Origin: Candidatus Abyssobacteria bacterium SURF_17
GTDB taxonomy: Bacteria; Abyssobacteria; SURF-5
DNA: 64,000 bases
NCBI GenBank assembly: GCA_003598055.1
Contig: QZKI01000026.1
Span: 2,569-66,568 of the forward strand
Direction: 5' to 3'
Shown here: one piece after another, positions 18,389-27,792 of the stretch
Position numbering within the stretch: the stretch's first letter is position 1
Layout of the letters: each line of letters starts with the position of its first letter
Notes under the pieces: generated by a model
Databases searched by the model: none
What the model saw: the letters and a program-made list of their open reading frames with translations, nothing else
What the model was told of the DNA's origin: nothing
Program-made: the position numbers and the translations under genes

Positions 18389-19597
18389 CTACCTCGCGGA
18401 ATTCTTCCGTGCTCCTGTACGAGATTCGTCGAGGCGGGAAACCGTTAGTGTTATCTTTCTCGGCTCAACGGTCACAACGGACAGCGCCGAAGGACGGCGA
18501 ACCAAATCCTCTGACAAAACCACCTCCTGCCTCCCTTCTTTCATCGTCGACATATCCACGGTTATCTTGAGAGTTCGAGGGTCGAGCAGGTCGAATGCCG
18601 CCGCCCTGCCCAGCAGGGTGACGGTGGCTTCCTTGGATTTCGGTTCCTCGATGGTCCAATCGGACGCGACGGTACGATATTCGATGGGAACGACGAAGTC
18701 ACGGCGAACAGTCCCCGTCTGATACACGAACACGAACCAGAGCGCGCACGCAAGAAACACTGCTGTTGCCTTTTCGCGCGGATTCTCCCGCAGCCAATGA
18801 CGCCACGTCTTGGGCCTTCGAGGCGGGAATATATCCTGATAGAACCGTTGCAGTGCCTTCCTCAATTCGGAGATATCATGCAGTTCGTCGATTCTCTCTT
18901 CACGAGCAAGGGAGATTGTGCCTCGCTCCTCGGAAACGACGATGCAGAGCGCGTCGGAACGTTCGGCCAGGCCGAGCGCGGCGCTATGACGAGTGCCGAG
19001 GCGACCTTGCGTCCTGACTCGGGTGGATAACGGGAAGTAACACCCGAACTTGGTTACACGTCCCTGTTCAATGATGACTGCCCCATCATGCCCCAACGAA
19101 TGCGGGTCGAAGATGCTCTCGAGCAATGGCTCGCTGAGACGTCCGTCAAGCTCAAACCCGCCTTGAAGGTGCCGAGCAAGCGGCTCTTCTCCACGGATTG
19201 CCACCAGCGCCCCGATTCTTCTCTGCGCCAGGTTCGACAGCGCGCGGATGAGGACCTCGATCTCCGGATATTCGGAAAAGAGATAGGAATGTCGTCGAAT
19301 GGCTCCCGAAATGCTTATGCGCTCGAAAAACCGCCTGAGTTCCTCTTGGAAAATGACGACGAGAGCGATAAGAAGGATTGCGAAAAACGCCTGCAATACA
19401 ACAGCCGACAAGTACATGTGGAAGACGAGCGCGGCGATATAGACGACCCCAAGCACCATGATTCCGCTGAGGACGAACCTCGACGCTGTCGCCTTAAACC
19501 ATATCAGCATCACATATATCAACACCGAGATGATGGCGATATCAACGAAGTCGGCCACCCTGAACGTTTGAAATAGTTGAGTGAAGAATTGCATCAT
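18389..19597 (-). CDS. dacA: Diadenylate cyclase (DacA/CdaA) with fused C-terminal YbbR/CdaR-like domain
   Basis: 3 TM helices, FQEELR, HDGAVII, GTRHSAA, VSEERG, then a fourth TM and VPIEY...KEATVTL.G YbbR-like beta domain. Confidence 0.85.
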   Translation of the reverse strand: MMQFFTQLFQTFRVADFVDIAIISVLIYVMLIWFKATASRFVLSGIMVLGVVYIAALVFHMYLSAVVLQAFFAILLIALVVIFQEELRRFFERISISGAIRRHSYLFSEYPEIEVLIRALSNLAQRRIGALVAIRGEEPLARHLQGGFELDGRLSEPLLESIFDPHSLGHDGAVIIEQGRVTKFGCYFPLSTRVRTQGRLGTRHSAALGLAERSDALCIVVSEERGTISLAREERIDELHDISELRKALQRFYQDIFPPRRPKTWRHWLRENPREKATAVFLACALWFVFVYQTGTVRRDFVVPIEYRTVASDWTIEEPKSKEATVTLLGRAAAFDLLDPRTLKITVDMSTMKEGRQEVVLSEDLVRRPSALSVVTVEPRKITLTVSRLDESRTGARKNSAR

Positions 19598-19809
19598 GGC
19601 GAGTTAAATCTCCACGGCGGAGTTCCGAAAAGTAATGTTAAAAGAAGCGCTTATAGGCAAAACTTCTTCTCTATGGACAGGAATACCACCTTGCCATTAT
19701 GTTTCCGGAATAGCCAACTGCTTCACAAATGCCTTTACCACAAGGATACCACAAAATCCTCCATAAATACAGGCGTCTTGCCGAAATATACAGCGCGGGA
19801 CGACTTTGA

Positions 19810-19838
19810 TTGATTTCAGACTATCGGAATGGTAGAAT
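19810..19838 (+). promoter_or_regulatory. Sigma70 promoter for the OYE gene
   Basis: TTGATT-17-TAGAAT with extended TG. Confidence 0.5.
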
Positions 19839-19920
19839 CTCTGTCGCTACCGGGCAGCCGACAGAGCTTGGCTGCCAACCGCTCATATCTCGCTTGTTTG
19901 GAGAAAGGTGCGAATGAATC

Positions 19921-21009
19921 ATGGCATACAAATTTCTGACAAGACCGCTCACGGTACGGAACACAACGTTTCCGAATAGAGTTGTTTTTCCGCCCGTACA
20001 AACGAACTATGCCTCCGAGACCGGCGAAGCAACCGACCGACTCATACGATTCCATGAGACGATTGCGCGGAACAACGTCGGACTATCCATCGTGGGCGCC
20101 ACTGGCATTTCGCCGCATTCACGTCTCGGTCCACAGAGCCTCTGCCTGTATGATGACCGGCACATCGCACCGGCGCGTCGGCTGTTCGATGCGATACGAA
20201 AGGCCGGCTCTGTCCCCGCGGTCCAGCTCAACCACGGCGGACGCGTCATGTCCCCTGAGCTCGCCGGTGGCACTGTCGTGGGGCCGTCGGCCTTAGCGTC
20301 ACCAGCAGCAGGCATCGTCCCGCACGCGCTTTCGCTTGAGGAAGTCGAGCAAATCATCGGCCAGTTCGTTCACGCGGCAGAGGCGGCGAAAACCGCGGGT
20401 GCAGCCATGGTCGAGTTCCACGGCGCGCACAGTTTCCTGCTGAACCAATTCATGTCGCCCGCATCCAACACGAGAAATGACAAATATGGCGGCAGCACCG
20501 AAAATCGGGCGCGGATAGTGAGGGAAATTCTCGAGAGGACACGGCCCCGTGTGGGAAACGATTTCGTACTTGGCCTGAGAATGAGCGTGGACGAGTACGT
20601 GGACGGCGGGCTAACCGTCGAGGAAAGCCGAAAGATGGTTAACCTGTTCATCGAAAGCGGTCTTGACATCATCCACGTTTCCGGCGGCGGAATAGACACC
20701 GGCCCGCGCATGATTCAGGAGGCCGCAGAAGGAAATATTGTGAAACTCGCGGGCGAAATCAAGAAATTCGTAAACATTCCTGTAATAGCGGTTGGAGGCA
20801 TCCTCCGGCTCGAGCAGGCTGAAAGCGCGCTGAAAGACGGACTCGCCGACATGGTGGCCCTCGCCCGCGCGCTCATCGCGGACCCGAAACTTGTCACCAA
20901 ATCGCTCGACGGAAAGCCTGAAACCGTGCTCGAATGCACTGGCTGTCTTCAGTGCTTCATGGAGGGTGAACGACCCGGCATGACCTGTTCAGTCAATGAA
21001 AACCTTTGA
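19921..21009 (+). CDS. NADH:flavin oxidoreductase / old yellow enzyme family
   Basis: NRVVFPP, QLNHGG, EFHGAHSF, N.R.DKYGGS.ENR.R, C-terminal CTGCLQC...C. Confidence 0.9.
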   Translation: MAYKFLTRPLTVRNTTFPNRVVFPPVQTNYASETGEATDRLIRFHETIARNNVGLSIVGATGISPHSRLGPQSLCLYDDRHIAPARRLFDAIRKAGSVPAVQLNHGGRVMSPELAGGTVVGPSALASPAAGIVPHALSLEEVEQIIGQFVHAAEAAKTAGAAMVEFHGAHSFLLNQFMSPASNTRNDKYGGSTENRARIVREILERTRPRVGNDFVLGLRMSVDEYVDGGLTVEESRKMVNLFIESGLDIIHVSGGGIDTGPRMIQEAAEGNIVKLAGEIKKFVNIPVIAVGGILRLEQAESALKDGLADMVALARALIADPKLVTKSLDGKPETVLECTGCLQCFMEGERPGMTCSVNENL

Positions 21010-21073
21010 TGCCGGCATCGCCACTCAGGAATTCTGTGACATAGTTAAATATCTTATTGTGTCGGATTTTCTG

Positions 21074-21106
21074 TTGTAGGGGCGACTCAGTGAGTCGCCC
21101 CTACAA
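21074..21106. repeat. Perfect REP-like palindrome
   Basis: TTGTAGGGGCGACTCA-G-TGAGTCGCCCCTACAA, 16-bp arms. Confidence 0.75.
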
Positions 21107-21170
21107 TAACTCGACACGCCATCAACCGTGTGAAGCTACGCACATATACCGAGAGGAAGGGAGCGAACCT

Positions 21171-21743
21171 GTGGCCAGAATACCGTATGCAGAAATCGAA
21201 AATGCGCCGGAGAAAATTCGTGATTTCTTCGTGAAGATGGGTGCGAACGATGTTGAGATTCTGAATATCTTCCGGATGATCGCGCACAGCGACATCTCAG
21301 TTCGCGAATTCATCCGGCTTGGGAGCAGGCTTCTCGTCAAACCGCATCTGGACCCCCGATTCCGCGAACTTGCCATTCTGAGGATCGCCCAGATGAACCA
21401 AGCACGCTATGAATGGACACACCACATTCCCATCGCCGTGGGAGTCGGTATTACGCCGGAGCAGATAAAGCAGCTTAAGAACTGGCAGGAATCACCGCTC
21501 TTCACCGACCGGGACAAGACAGTGTTGGGATTCACCGAGGAACTTGTGCGCGACGGCCATCCCACGGACGAAACGTTCGCAGCCGCTGCCGCGTTCCTCG
21601 AGCCCGCAAGCCTCGTCGAGTTGACGCTCTCAATCGGCTACTGGTCTATGGTGGCGAAATTCCTCAATACGTTTCAAGTGGACATTGAGGAAGATTTCAA
21701 ACAAAAACACGCCAAGATTCTTGCTGACATCGGTTCGCTCTAA
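21171..21743 (+). CDS. Carboxymuconolactone decarboxylase (CMD/AhpD-like) family protein
   Basis: LDPRFRELAILR, YEWTHH, ELTLSIGYW; GTG start behind GGAAGGGAG; no CxxC. Confidence 0.8.
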   Translation: MARIPYAEIENAPEKIRDFFVKMGANDVEILNIFRMIAHSDISVREFIRLGSRLLVKPHLDPRFRELAILRIAQMNQARYEWTHHIPIAVGVGITPEQIKQLKNWQESPLFTDRDKTVLGFTEELVRDGHPTDETFAAAAAFLEPASLVELTLSIGYWSMVAKFLNTFQVDIEEDFKQKHAKILADIGSL

Positions 21744-21830
21744 GAATCAGCAGCGGCATTCAGCTTTCGTTATGTAAGCGCATTCGGGATTCCGAGGTGC
21801 TCCGTGCGTTCTCTCGCGGATATTCATACA

Positions 21831-22289
21831 TCAAGGGGCCGGGGTCGGCTTAACCCACATTGGGAAGCCATTCTTCTCCCGCAACTTGATGACCTCATCC
21901 CCTTTTCGGATTTCGGCGGCGAGGATTACCGGCTCATCTCTCAGGGTTACTCGCGAGCCCGTGACCGTTATCTTGTCGCCCTTCTTAATCGTGGTCTCCT
22001 GCTTCTTCAAGAACCAGGGTGGCCCGAGTTGGACGGGAATGTTTTCGGTTTCTGTATGGAGTCGCAAGTAAATACCCCGCTCAGCGCGCCTCTGCGTGGT
22101 GAAGGTTTCAATCTTGAGGATTGTGCCGCTAACTGTCTCGACCGTCTTGGGATCGTAGGCGGTGCTATATTGGGAATAGCGGGTCGAGCCGGTCGTCTCT
22201 CCCGTCTCTTCCGCCGCCAGCACCAAAATGGGGGCACTCAACATGATTACAGCAATACACACGAGAATCACACATAAGAACTTTTTCAT
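21831..22289 (-). CDS. Exported small OB-fold-like hypothetical protein (MamS/MamX-like domain family)
   Basis: Signal peptide MKKFL...VLA; YDPKTVETVSG, VQLGPPWF, GDKITVTGS, LREKNGFPMW; GAAGGAGG RBS. Confidence 0.7.
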   Translation of the reverse strand: MKKFLCVILVCIAVIMLSAPILVLAAEETGETTGSTRYSQYSTAYDPKTVETVSGTILKIETFTTQRRAERGIYLRLHTETENIPVQLGPPWFLKKQETTIKKGDKITVTGSRVTLRDEPVILAAEIRKGDEVIKLREKNGFPMWVKPTPAP

Positions 22290-22429
22290 GTCCTTTCCTC
22301 CTTCTGCAGAGAATTTCTGTCCACATCTCACCCTACGGCCAACATCAATACAATTATAGCGCAGTTACGCCCCATATTCCAGCTCGGAATATGCGCCGTC
22401 ACAGTTGTTCCCCTCCCGCTGGCAACCGG

Positions 22430-22458
22430 TTGCTACGGTTCTAGTCTGATGCTATAAT
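22430..22458 (+). promoter_or_regulatory. Sigma70 promoter for the DUF2339 operon
   Basis: TTGCTA-17-TATAAT with extended TG. Confidence 0.55.
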
Positions 22459-22543
22459 GACGAACAAAGTTGTCTCATTATTCAATGGCCGAACGCGGGT
22501 CGCACAAGTCGGGCCGGTTTACCGGAGGAACGGGGGGGAAAGA

Positions 22544-24427
22544 ATGGCTTCCGGCTTCATACTGATGTCCCTCATTTGGCTGCTGCTGCTCATCTTGGTG
22601 CCGATCCTCCTGGCACAAGTGTTAAACCTCTCACGCAATGTCAAAGACCTGAAGAGAAGGCTCGAACAACTGGAAGGCCTAAGCCTCGGCCCCGTGCATC
22701 TCCCTTCTCCCGGGGAGCCGCCTCCGAAACCACCTCCGCAACCTGTTCAGGCAACGGCTCCTATTCCAGCGCCCTCACAACCTGAACCGGTAAAAACCGT
22801 TGCCGCCTTGGCGAAGCCGAAGGCTGACCTGGAAGCGATCATCGGCGGCAGCCTGCTCAATCGGGTTGGCGTGGTTGCCTTCGTGTTTGGCGTCGCGTTC
22901 TTCCTCAAATATGCGTTCGACAACCGGTGGATTGGGGAAACTGGCCGCGTCATCCTTGGATTGTTCGCGGGACTCGTTTTCCTCGGGCTGGGGGAGCGCT
23001 ATCAAAGGAAGGATTACCCTCGGTTTTCACAGGGGCTGACGGGCGGAGGCATCGCGCTGCTCTATCTGTCCATTTATGCCGCCTTCGGGTTCTATCATCT
23101 TATCCCGCAGGTGCCTGCGTTCGGGTTCATGATTTGCGTCACCGCAGCAAGCGTCGTCCTGGCTGTCCGATACCGCGCCCTTCCCATAGCAATACTTGCG
23201 ACGCTCGGCGGCTTTCTGACACCGTTTCTTCTGAGCACCGGCGTCGATAACCAGAGGGTTCTCTTCAGCTACATTTTCCTCTTGAATCTCGGCGTGCTCG
23301 GCCTTGCTTACTTCAAGAACTGGCAATTGCTGAATTATCAAAGCTTCATCCTCACGGCAATTACGTTCATCGCATGGATGGTAAGGTTCTATGTGCCCGA
23401 AAAGCTGTGGACGACCGTTTTCTTCCTGACATTGTTTTTCCTCGTGTTCGCTTTCCTGGCAATCCTGTACAACATAATCCATTCGCGAAGTGCTACTGCG
23501 CCGGAACTCATTCTTGCCTTCCTCAACGCAGGTCTTTACTTCGGAGCGATGTACCTGCTGCTTGAAGACAAGTATCATGATTACCTCGGCCTGTTCTCCC
23601 TCGCGATGGCAGGGATATATATTGGACTCTCCTACTTCACGCACGCGCGACACGAAAAAGGCCGTTTTCTCATCTGGATGTTCCTTGGCCTTGCGGCGAC
23701 GTTTGTGACGCTCGCGATCCCTATCCAACTCAAGCAGAACTGGGTGACCATAGGATGGGCGGTCGAGGGAGCAATCCTGAGCTACATCGCCTTCAGGTAT
23801 CGGAGCTGGAATGTATTCCTCGCCGCATTCGCTATTCTCGCGCTTGTCTTTTTCCGACTGATTTTCTTCGACGTCCAGTTGTCCCGCCAGTTCGTGCAAG
23901 AGGAATATGTGCTGCTTGTCAACAAACGGGGTCTGTCTTTTATCGTCGGTATTGCGGCGATGCTCCTCGCCGGATATTGGTCCGCAAAAGCATCCCTGAA
24001 AAGTTCCACCGAAGCCCGGGCCGCGGCGGGATGCTTGCTCATCATAGCCAATGTGTTGGCTATCATCCTGCTGAGCGTGGAGGCATACGATTTTCTGGAA
24101 TACCTGCGGTATCAGAACCGCATTCCCCATGCGGTCTCGCGGCATGCGCAGCAGCTCTCGCTGTCGATCATATGGGCGCTCTATGCTGCTTTTCTGATTG
24201 TCGCAGGCATCTGGAAAGGATACAAACCGATTCGTTACATGGCGCTGCTGCTATTCAGCCTGACGATTCTCAAGGTCTTCTTCCTCGACCTCTCCGGCCT
24301 CGAACGTTTCTACCGGATCATCTCATTCATCGCGTTGGGAATAATCCTCATCGCCGTATCGTTCCTGTACCAGAAATACAAACACGTTCTTATCGGCCCG
24401 ACTGCCACGGGAGGGGAATCAGAGTGA
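22544..24427 (+). CDS. DUF2339 family predicted membrane protein
   Basis: Short TM plus coiled coil plus Pro-rich linker, LE..IG..LLNRVG, FFLKYAF, about 18 TMs, C-terminal K.FF.DL..L..FYRIISF..LG. Confidence 0.85.
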   Translation: MASGFILMSLIWLLLLILVPILLAQVLNLSRNVKDLKRRLEQLEGLSLGPVHLPSPGEPPPKPPPQPVQATAPIPAPSQPEPVKTVAALAKPKADLEAIIGGSLLNRVGVVAFVFGVAFFLKYAFDNRWIGETGRVILGLFAGLVFLGLGERYQRKDYPRFSQGLTGGGIALLYLSIYAAFGFYHLIPQVPAFGFMICVTAASVVLAVRYRALPIAILATLGGFLTPFLLSTGVDNQRVLFSYIFLLNLGVLGLAYFKNWQLLNYQSFILTAITFIAWMVRFYVPEKLWTTVFFLTLFFLVFAFLAILYNIIHSRSATAPELILAFLNAGLYFGAMYLLLEDKYHDYLGLFSLAMAGIYIGLSYFTHARHEKGRFLIWMFLGLAATFVTLAIPIQLKQNWVTIGWAVEGAILSYIAFRYRSWNVFLAAFAILALVFFRLIFFDVQLSRQFVQEEYVLLVNKRGLSFIVGIAAMLLAGYWSAKASLKSSTEARAAAGCLLIIANVLAIILLSVEAYDFLEYLRYQNRIPHAVSRHAQQLSLSIIWALYAAFLIVAGIWKGYKPIRYMALLLFSLTILKVFFLDLSGLERFYRIISFIALGIILIAVSFLYQKYKHVLIGPTATGGESE

Positions 24428-25707
24428 AACGCATACTCAGCGCATTGTCGATCTTCGCGATGATATGTCTCTTGGCTCCCATATCGGCGCGCGCGGACTT
24501 TACAGCGTCCGACTGGGAATCCATAAAGGCAGTCCAGGTTCCTGCACCTGCTGATTCCGGATATGCGTTTTTCGCAGTTGATGCCGAGATATATGACGGG
24601 AGTGCGGACGGACTGAAAAGTCTCCGCATCATCGATGCCGCATCACATGAGGTGCCGTATCAAATTCGAACGCAAGCGGAAAGTGAATCCAGAGAGGAAT
24701 TCTCTCCGAAATTTCTCAACAACTCGTACGTTCAAGATAAATTCAACTCATTCGGTCTCGACCTGGGAGACCAACCGCCGAGTGTAAACCGGATCGACAT
24801 CCTGACCACCAGTGAGAACTTCACACGGCGCGCATCGGTGGAGGGGAGCAGCGACCAGACCGAATGGCACATGCTGACAGACGAAGCATACATTTTCAAT
24901 TTTACTCGGCATACTCGGTCTGAATATCTGCATCTGGAATTCCCGCTCTCGAATTTCCGCTACCTTCGGGTGAAAATATTCGACGATGGTACCGGACCAT
25001 TGAAAATCAGCGGGGCAAAGACCTTCAAAGTGCAGAAGATAGAAGCGGAAACGGAAACGTGGCCGCTCACGATCATAGAGAAAACCGAAAATGAGGACAA
25101 GAAAACTACCGAAATAAGTCTCGATGCGCAATACCGCGCTCTCCCCATTCGCGAGATGGAGCTCAATGTGGCCAGCCACAATTATCACCGCACTGTCGCC
25201 GTGCACTCAACCGATGACCGCGAAGAGTGGATTTCTCTGGGGAGTGGCATCATTTTCAATTATGACCTCCCGCAGTTCAAGAAGACAAACAATCGGGTCG
25301 CATTTCGCGAGAATAGCAATGACCGATATTTCAAGCTTGTCATCCATAACTATGATGATGAGCCGCTCGATGTCCGCGGGGCGACGGGCATCGGCCTCGT
25401 GCGCGGAGTTATCTTTCCGTTAAACGATAAACTGCCCTATACTGTTTTCTTCGGCAACCAGAGCGCGCAGGCGCCCCAATACGACCTTGCCCATCGCATT
25501 CCTTACATCGAATCCGACCGACTCCCGCGCTGCACGCTCGGGCCGCGTGTGCCCAATCCTTCATACGTGGAGAAGAAGCCCGTCCGCCCCTGGAGCGAAG
25601 AACACGCCTGGCTGCTCTGGGCAATCATGGCAGCCGTCATTCTCTTCCTCGCATATCTCATCTTCAACCTCACCCAGAAGACACGGCCCGAAAACCACAC
25701 CGGCTGA
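24424..25707 (+). CDS. DUF3999-like exported protein with C-terminal membrane anchor
   Basis: GTG start overlaps the DUF2339 stop (GTGA); signal peptide, LRIIDAA..EVPY, VEGSSD...W, RYLRV, N.DDEPL, APQYDL, C-terminal TM. Confidence 0.7.
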   Translation: MKRILSALSIFAMICLLAPISARADFTASDWESIKAVQVPAPADSGYAFFAVDAEIYDGSADGLKSLRIIDAASHEVPYQIRTQAESESREEFSPKFLNNSYVQDKFNSFGLDLGDQPPSVNRIDILTTSENFTRRASVEGSSDQTEWHMLTDEAYIFNFTRHTRSEYLHLEFPLSNFRYLRVKIFDDGTGPLKISGAKTFKVQKIEAETETWPLTIIEKTENEDKKTTEISLDAQYRALPIREMELNVASHNYHRTVAVHSTDDREEWISLGSGIIFNYDLPQFKKTNNRVAFRENSNDRYFKLVIHNYDDEPLDVRGATGIGLVRGVIFPLNDKLPYTVFFGNQSAQAPQYDLAHRIPYIESDRLPRCTLGPRVPNPSYVEKKPVRPWSEEHAWLLWAIMAAVILFLAYLIFNLTQKTRPENHTG

Positions 25708-25757
25708 GAATCCTTTCAACAGGGACCGCTCCTGACCCATGAATCCATGATTTTCGC

Positions 25758-25812
25758 TTGACAAACGAGATGTCGCGTATTAATATCTAATATAGATATC
25801 GGTTTTAGATAT
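25758..25812 (+). promoter_or_regulatory. Promoter with tandem palindromic operator (probable PadR site)
   Basis: TTGACA-17-TAATAT followed by ATATCTAATATAGATAT and ATATCGGTTTTAGATAT (ATATC-N7-GATAT twice, overlapping). Confidence 0.6.
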
Positions 25813-25835
25813 TATATCAGGAGACGCTTTATCCG

Positions 25836-26138
25836 ATGATACGGGAATTCCTCCGAGGGTCCATACGTGTTCACGTGCTGTACCATGCCTCGAAAGAGCC
25901 CATCTTTGGAGTCGCCATCCTGAAGGAACTCCGCAGACACGGATACCGACTCAGCCCGGGCACGCTCTATCCGCTGCTGCACCGAATGGAGAAGGAAGGA
26001 TTGCTTGTGTCTGAGTCCAGAGTCGTAAAAGGTAAGGTCAGGAAATACTACACCGCAACAAGAAGGGGCGTGCGCGCGCTTGAACACGCTCGAGAAAAAA
26101 TAGCTGAATTGGTCAAGGAAGTGCTCGAGGAAGAATAG
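25836..26138 (+). CDS. PadR family transcriptional regulator
   Basis: VHVLYHA.KEPIFG, LSPGTLYPLLHRMEKEG, RKYYTAT..G; AGGAG RBS. Confidence 0.9.
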   Translation: MIREFLRGSIRVHVLYHASKEPIFGVAILKELRRHGYRLSPGTLYPLLHRMEKEGLLVSESRVVKGKVRKYYTATRRGVRALEHAREKIAELVKEVLEEE

Positions 26139-26243
26139 TCACGATTCTGTTCCGAAGCGGACACCTGTCCTGAATTTCTCACGGACGGTCAGGCGAAACG
26201 GTCAATGTGCGGATGTAGACTTGCATAGTTCAGGAGGAGAGCG

Positions 26244-26891
26244 ATGTCGCAGAAATACTACAGCACGGTTTTGGACAATTTCAGGAAATGGGCGCCATTC
26301 TATGATGCCTTCTCCGCCCCGTTTCATGGCGCACGGCGAGCCATTGTGGAGGCGGTTGCCCCGCGAAATGACGAGAAGATTCTTGATATATGCACGGGAA
26401 CCGGCGCGGTGGCTCTGGCGCTTGCAAAGGCTGGCGCATCCGTCACTGGCATCGACCTCTCTGATGCCATGCTCGGCCGCGCTCGACGTAAGCGTGGGTC
26501 GGAAAGCGTTCGACTCCTCCGAATGAACGCGGTGGAATTGCTGTTTCGGCCAGACGAGTTTGAGACGGCGACCATTTCATTCGGATTGCACGAAATGCCG
26601 GTTGAAATCATTCGACGCGTGCTTCGGGAAACACATCGCGTCGCCACCCACCGTCTGATAGTGATTGATTACCGTCTCCCGCGACCAAAGCTGCTCGCTG
26701 CTCTCTACCGGTTGATAGTAGGGTCATACGAGGGGCCTTTCTGCATGGCGTTCTTGAAACTCGACCTCGCCGCTTTGGCACGAGAAGAAGGATTCAATCT
26801 TGAAAGACAGCAGACCGCCCTGTGGGGATTATGCCATGTGCTCACGTTTCGTAAGACCAGCCAGCCAACAGGTTCTCCTCTTACCGCGTGA
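26244..26891 (+). CDS. Class I SAM-dependent methyltransferase (UbiE-like)
   Basis: ILDICTGTG, GIDLS..ML, SFGLHEM; AGGAGG RBS. Confidence 0.88.
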   Translation: MSQKYYSTVLDNFRKWAPFYDAFSAPFHGARRAIVEAVAPRNDEKILDICTGTGAVALALAKAGASVTGIDLSDAMLGRARRKRGSESVRLLRMNAVELLFRPDEFETATISFGLHEMPVEIIRRVLRETHRVATHRLIVIDYRLPRPKLLAALYRLIVGSYEGPFCMAFLKLDLAALAREEGFNLERQQTALWGLCHVLTFRKTSQPTGSPLTA

Positions 26892-26921
26892 ACAAACCTC
26901 TGCTATGGGCGCCAGCGACCA

Positions 26922-27644
26922 ATGGAAACTCTGATAATCGTTATCGTGACATTGCCCGTGGCCGTGGTCACGCTTCTCACAGGCTTCGGCCTTGGGACCG
27001 TGCTCACGCCGGTGTTCACCATTTTCTATGACGTCAAGCTCGCCGTTCTCATGGTGGCAATCGTGCATCTGATGAATAACTTGTTCAAGCTATACTTGTT
27101 CCGGGCACACGTGGACCTTTCCATAATCAAGAGATTCGGCCTTCTCAGTATCGCAGGCGCGTTCATCGGCGCCGTGCTCCAGTTCTATATCTACAGCGAC
27201 CAGCTCAAGATTTTTCTCGGCATCGTGCTCATCATTCTCGGCGGCATCGAGATAATTCCCGCTCAGAGGAAAGTGAAGATTCCGCCCAAGGTGGACTTCA
27301 TTGGCGGATTCTTCTCGGGATTGCTCGGCGGACTGATCGGGAATCAAGGGGCGGTTCGGAGCGCATATTTGCTGAACTATCAGATAACGAAAGAGGCATT
27401 CATCGCGACTGCCACCGTGATTGCGAGCGTGATAGACCTGACCCGCATTCCCATCTACCTGACTTCGTATCGCAGCCAATTAGCCGCGCAGTGGGCAAAC
27501 ATACTTGCTGTTGTCGCAGTAGCCTATTGCGGAACACTCGTCGGGAAGAGGCTGCTTAAAAGGATTGACCTTGGCACGTTCAAGAAAGTCGTCGCGGGAT
27601 TTGTCGTGCTTCTGGGCGCCGGACTCGCCATCGGGCTTATATGA
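26922..27644 (+). CDS. TauE/SafE (TSUP) family membrane transporter
   Basis: GFGLG, GGFFSGLLGGLIG..G, about 8 TMs with internal repeat. Confidence 0.85.
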   Translation: METLIIVIVTLPVAVVTLLTGFGLGTVLTPVFTIFYDVKLAVLMVAIVHLMNNLFKLYLFRAHVDLSIIKRFGLLSIAGAFIGAVLQFYIYSDQLKIFLGIVLIILGGIEIIPAQRKVKIPPKVDFIGGFFSGLLGGLIGNQGAVRSAYLLNYQITKEAFIATATVIASVIDLTRIPIYLTSYRSQLAAQWANILAVVAVAYCGTLVGKRLLKRIDLGTFKKVVAGFVVLLGAGLAIGLI

Positions 27645-27708
27645 CCCGTGCTGGGATGCGGGAAAGGAAGGACATTATCTCCTCACCGTCCACGGAGAGA
27701 ACATATCC

Positions 27709-27754
27709 AAAAAGCGCAAGGGCGTACGAGACAAGTATCTCGCACGCCCTTTGC
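27709..27754 (-). terminator. Intrinsic terminator between convergent TauE and OmpA genes
   Basis: Long hairpin GCAAGGGCGT.CGAGA...TCTCG.ACGCCCTTTGC followed on - by a T run. Confidence 0.6.
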
Positions 27755-27792
27755 CCAACGTCGGCATTTAACCGAAAAACCGTCTTCGCCTA

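Noticed and set aside
21831-22289. MamS/MamX-like domain suggesting a magnetosome island
   Set aside because: No other mam genes and no CxxCH magnetochrome motifs; similar exported proteins are not restricted to magnetotactic bacteria
23755-24423. 650-aa ORF 23755-25707 as one protein
   Set aside because: The first 223 codons overlap DUF2339 in another frame and look non-protein-like; the real start is the GTG at 24424 with a signal peptide
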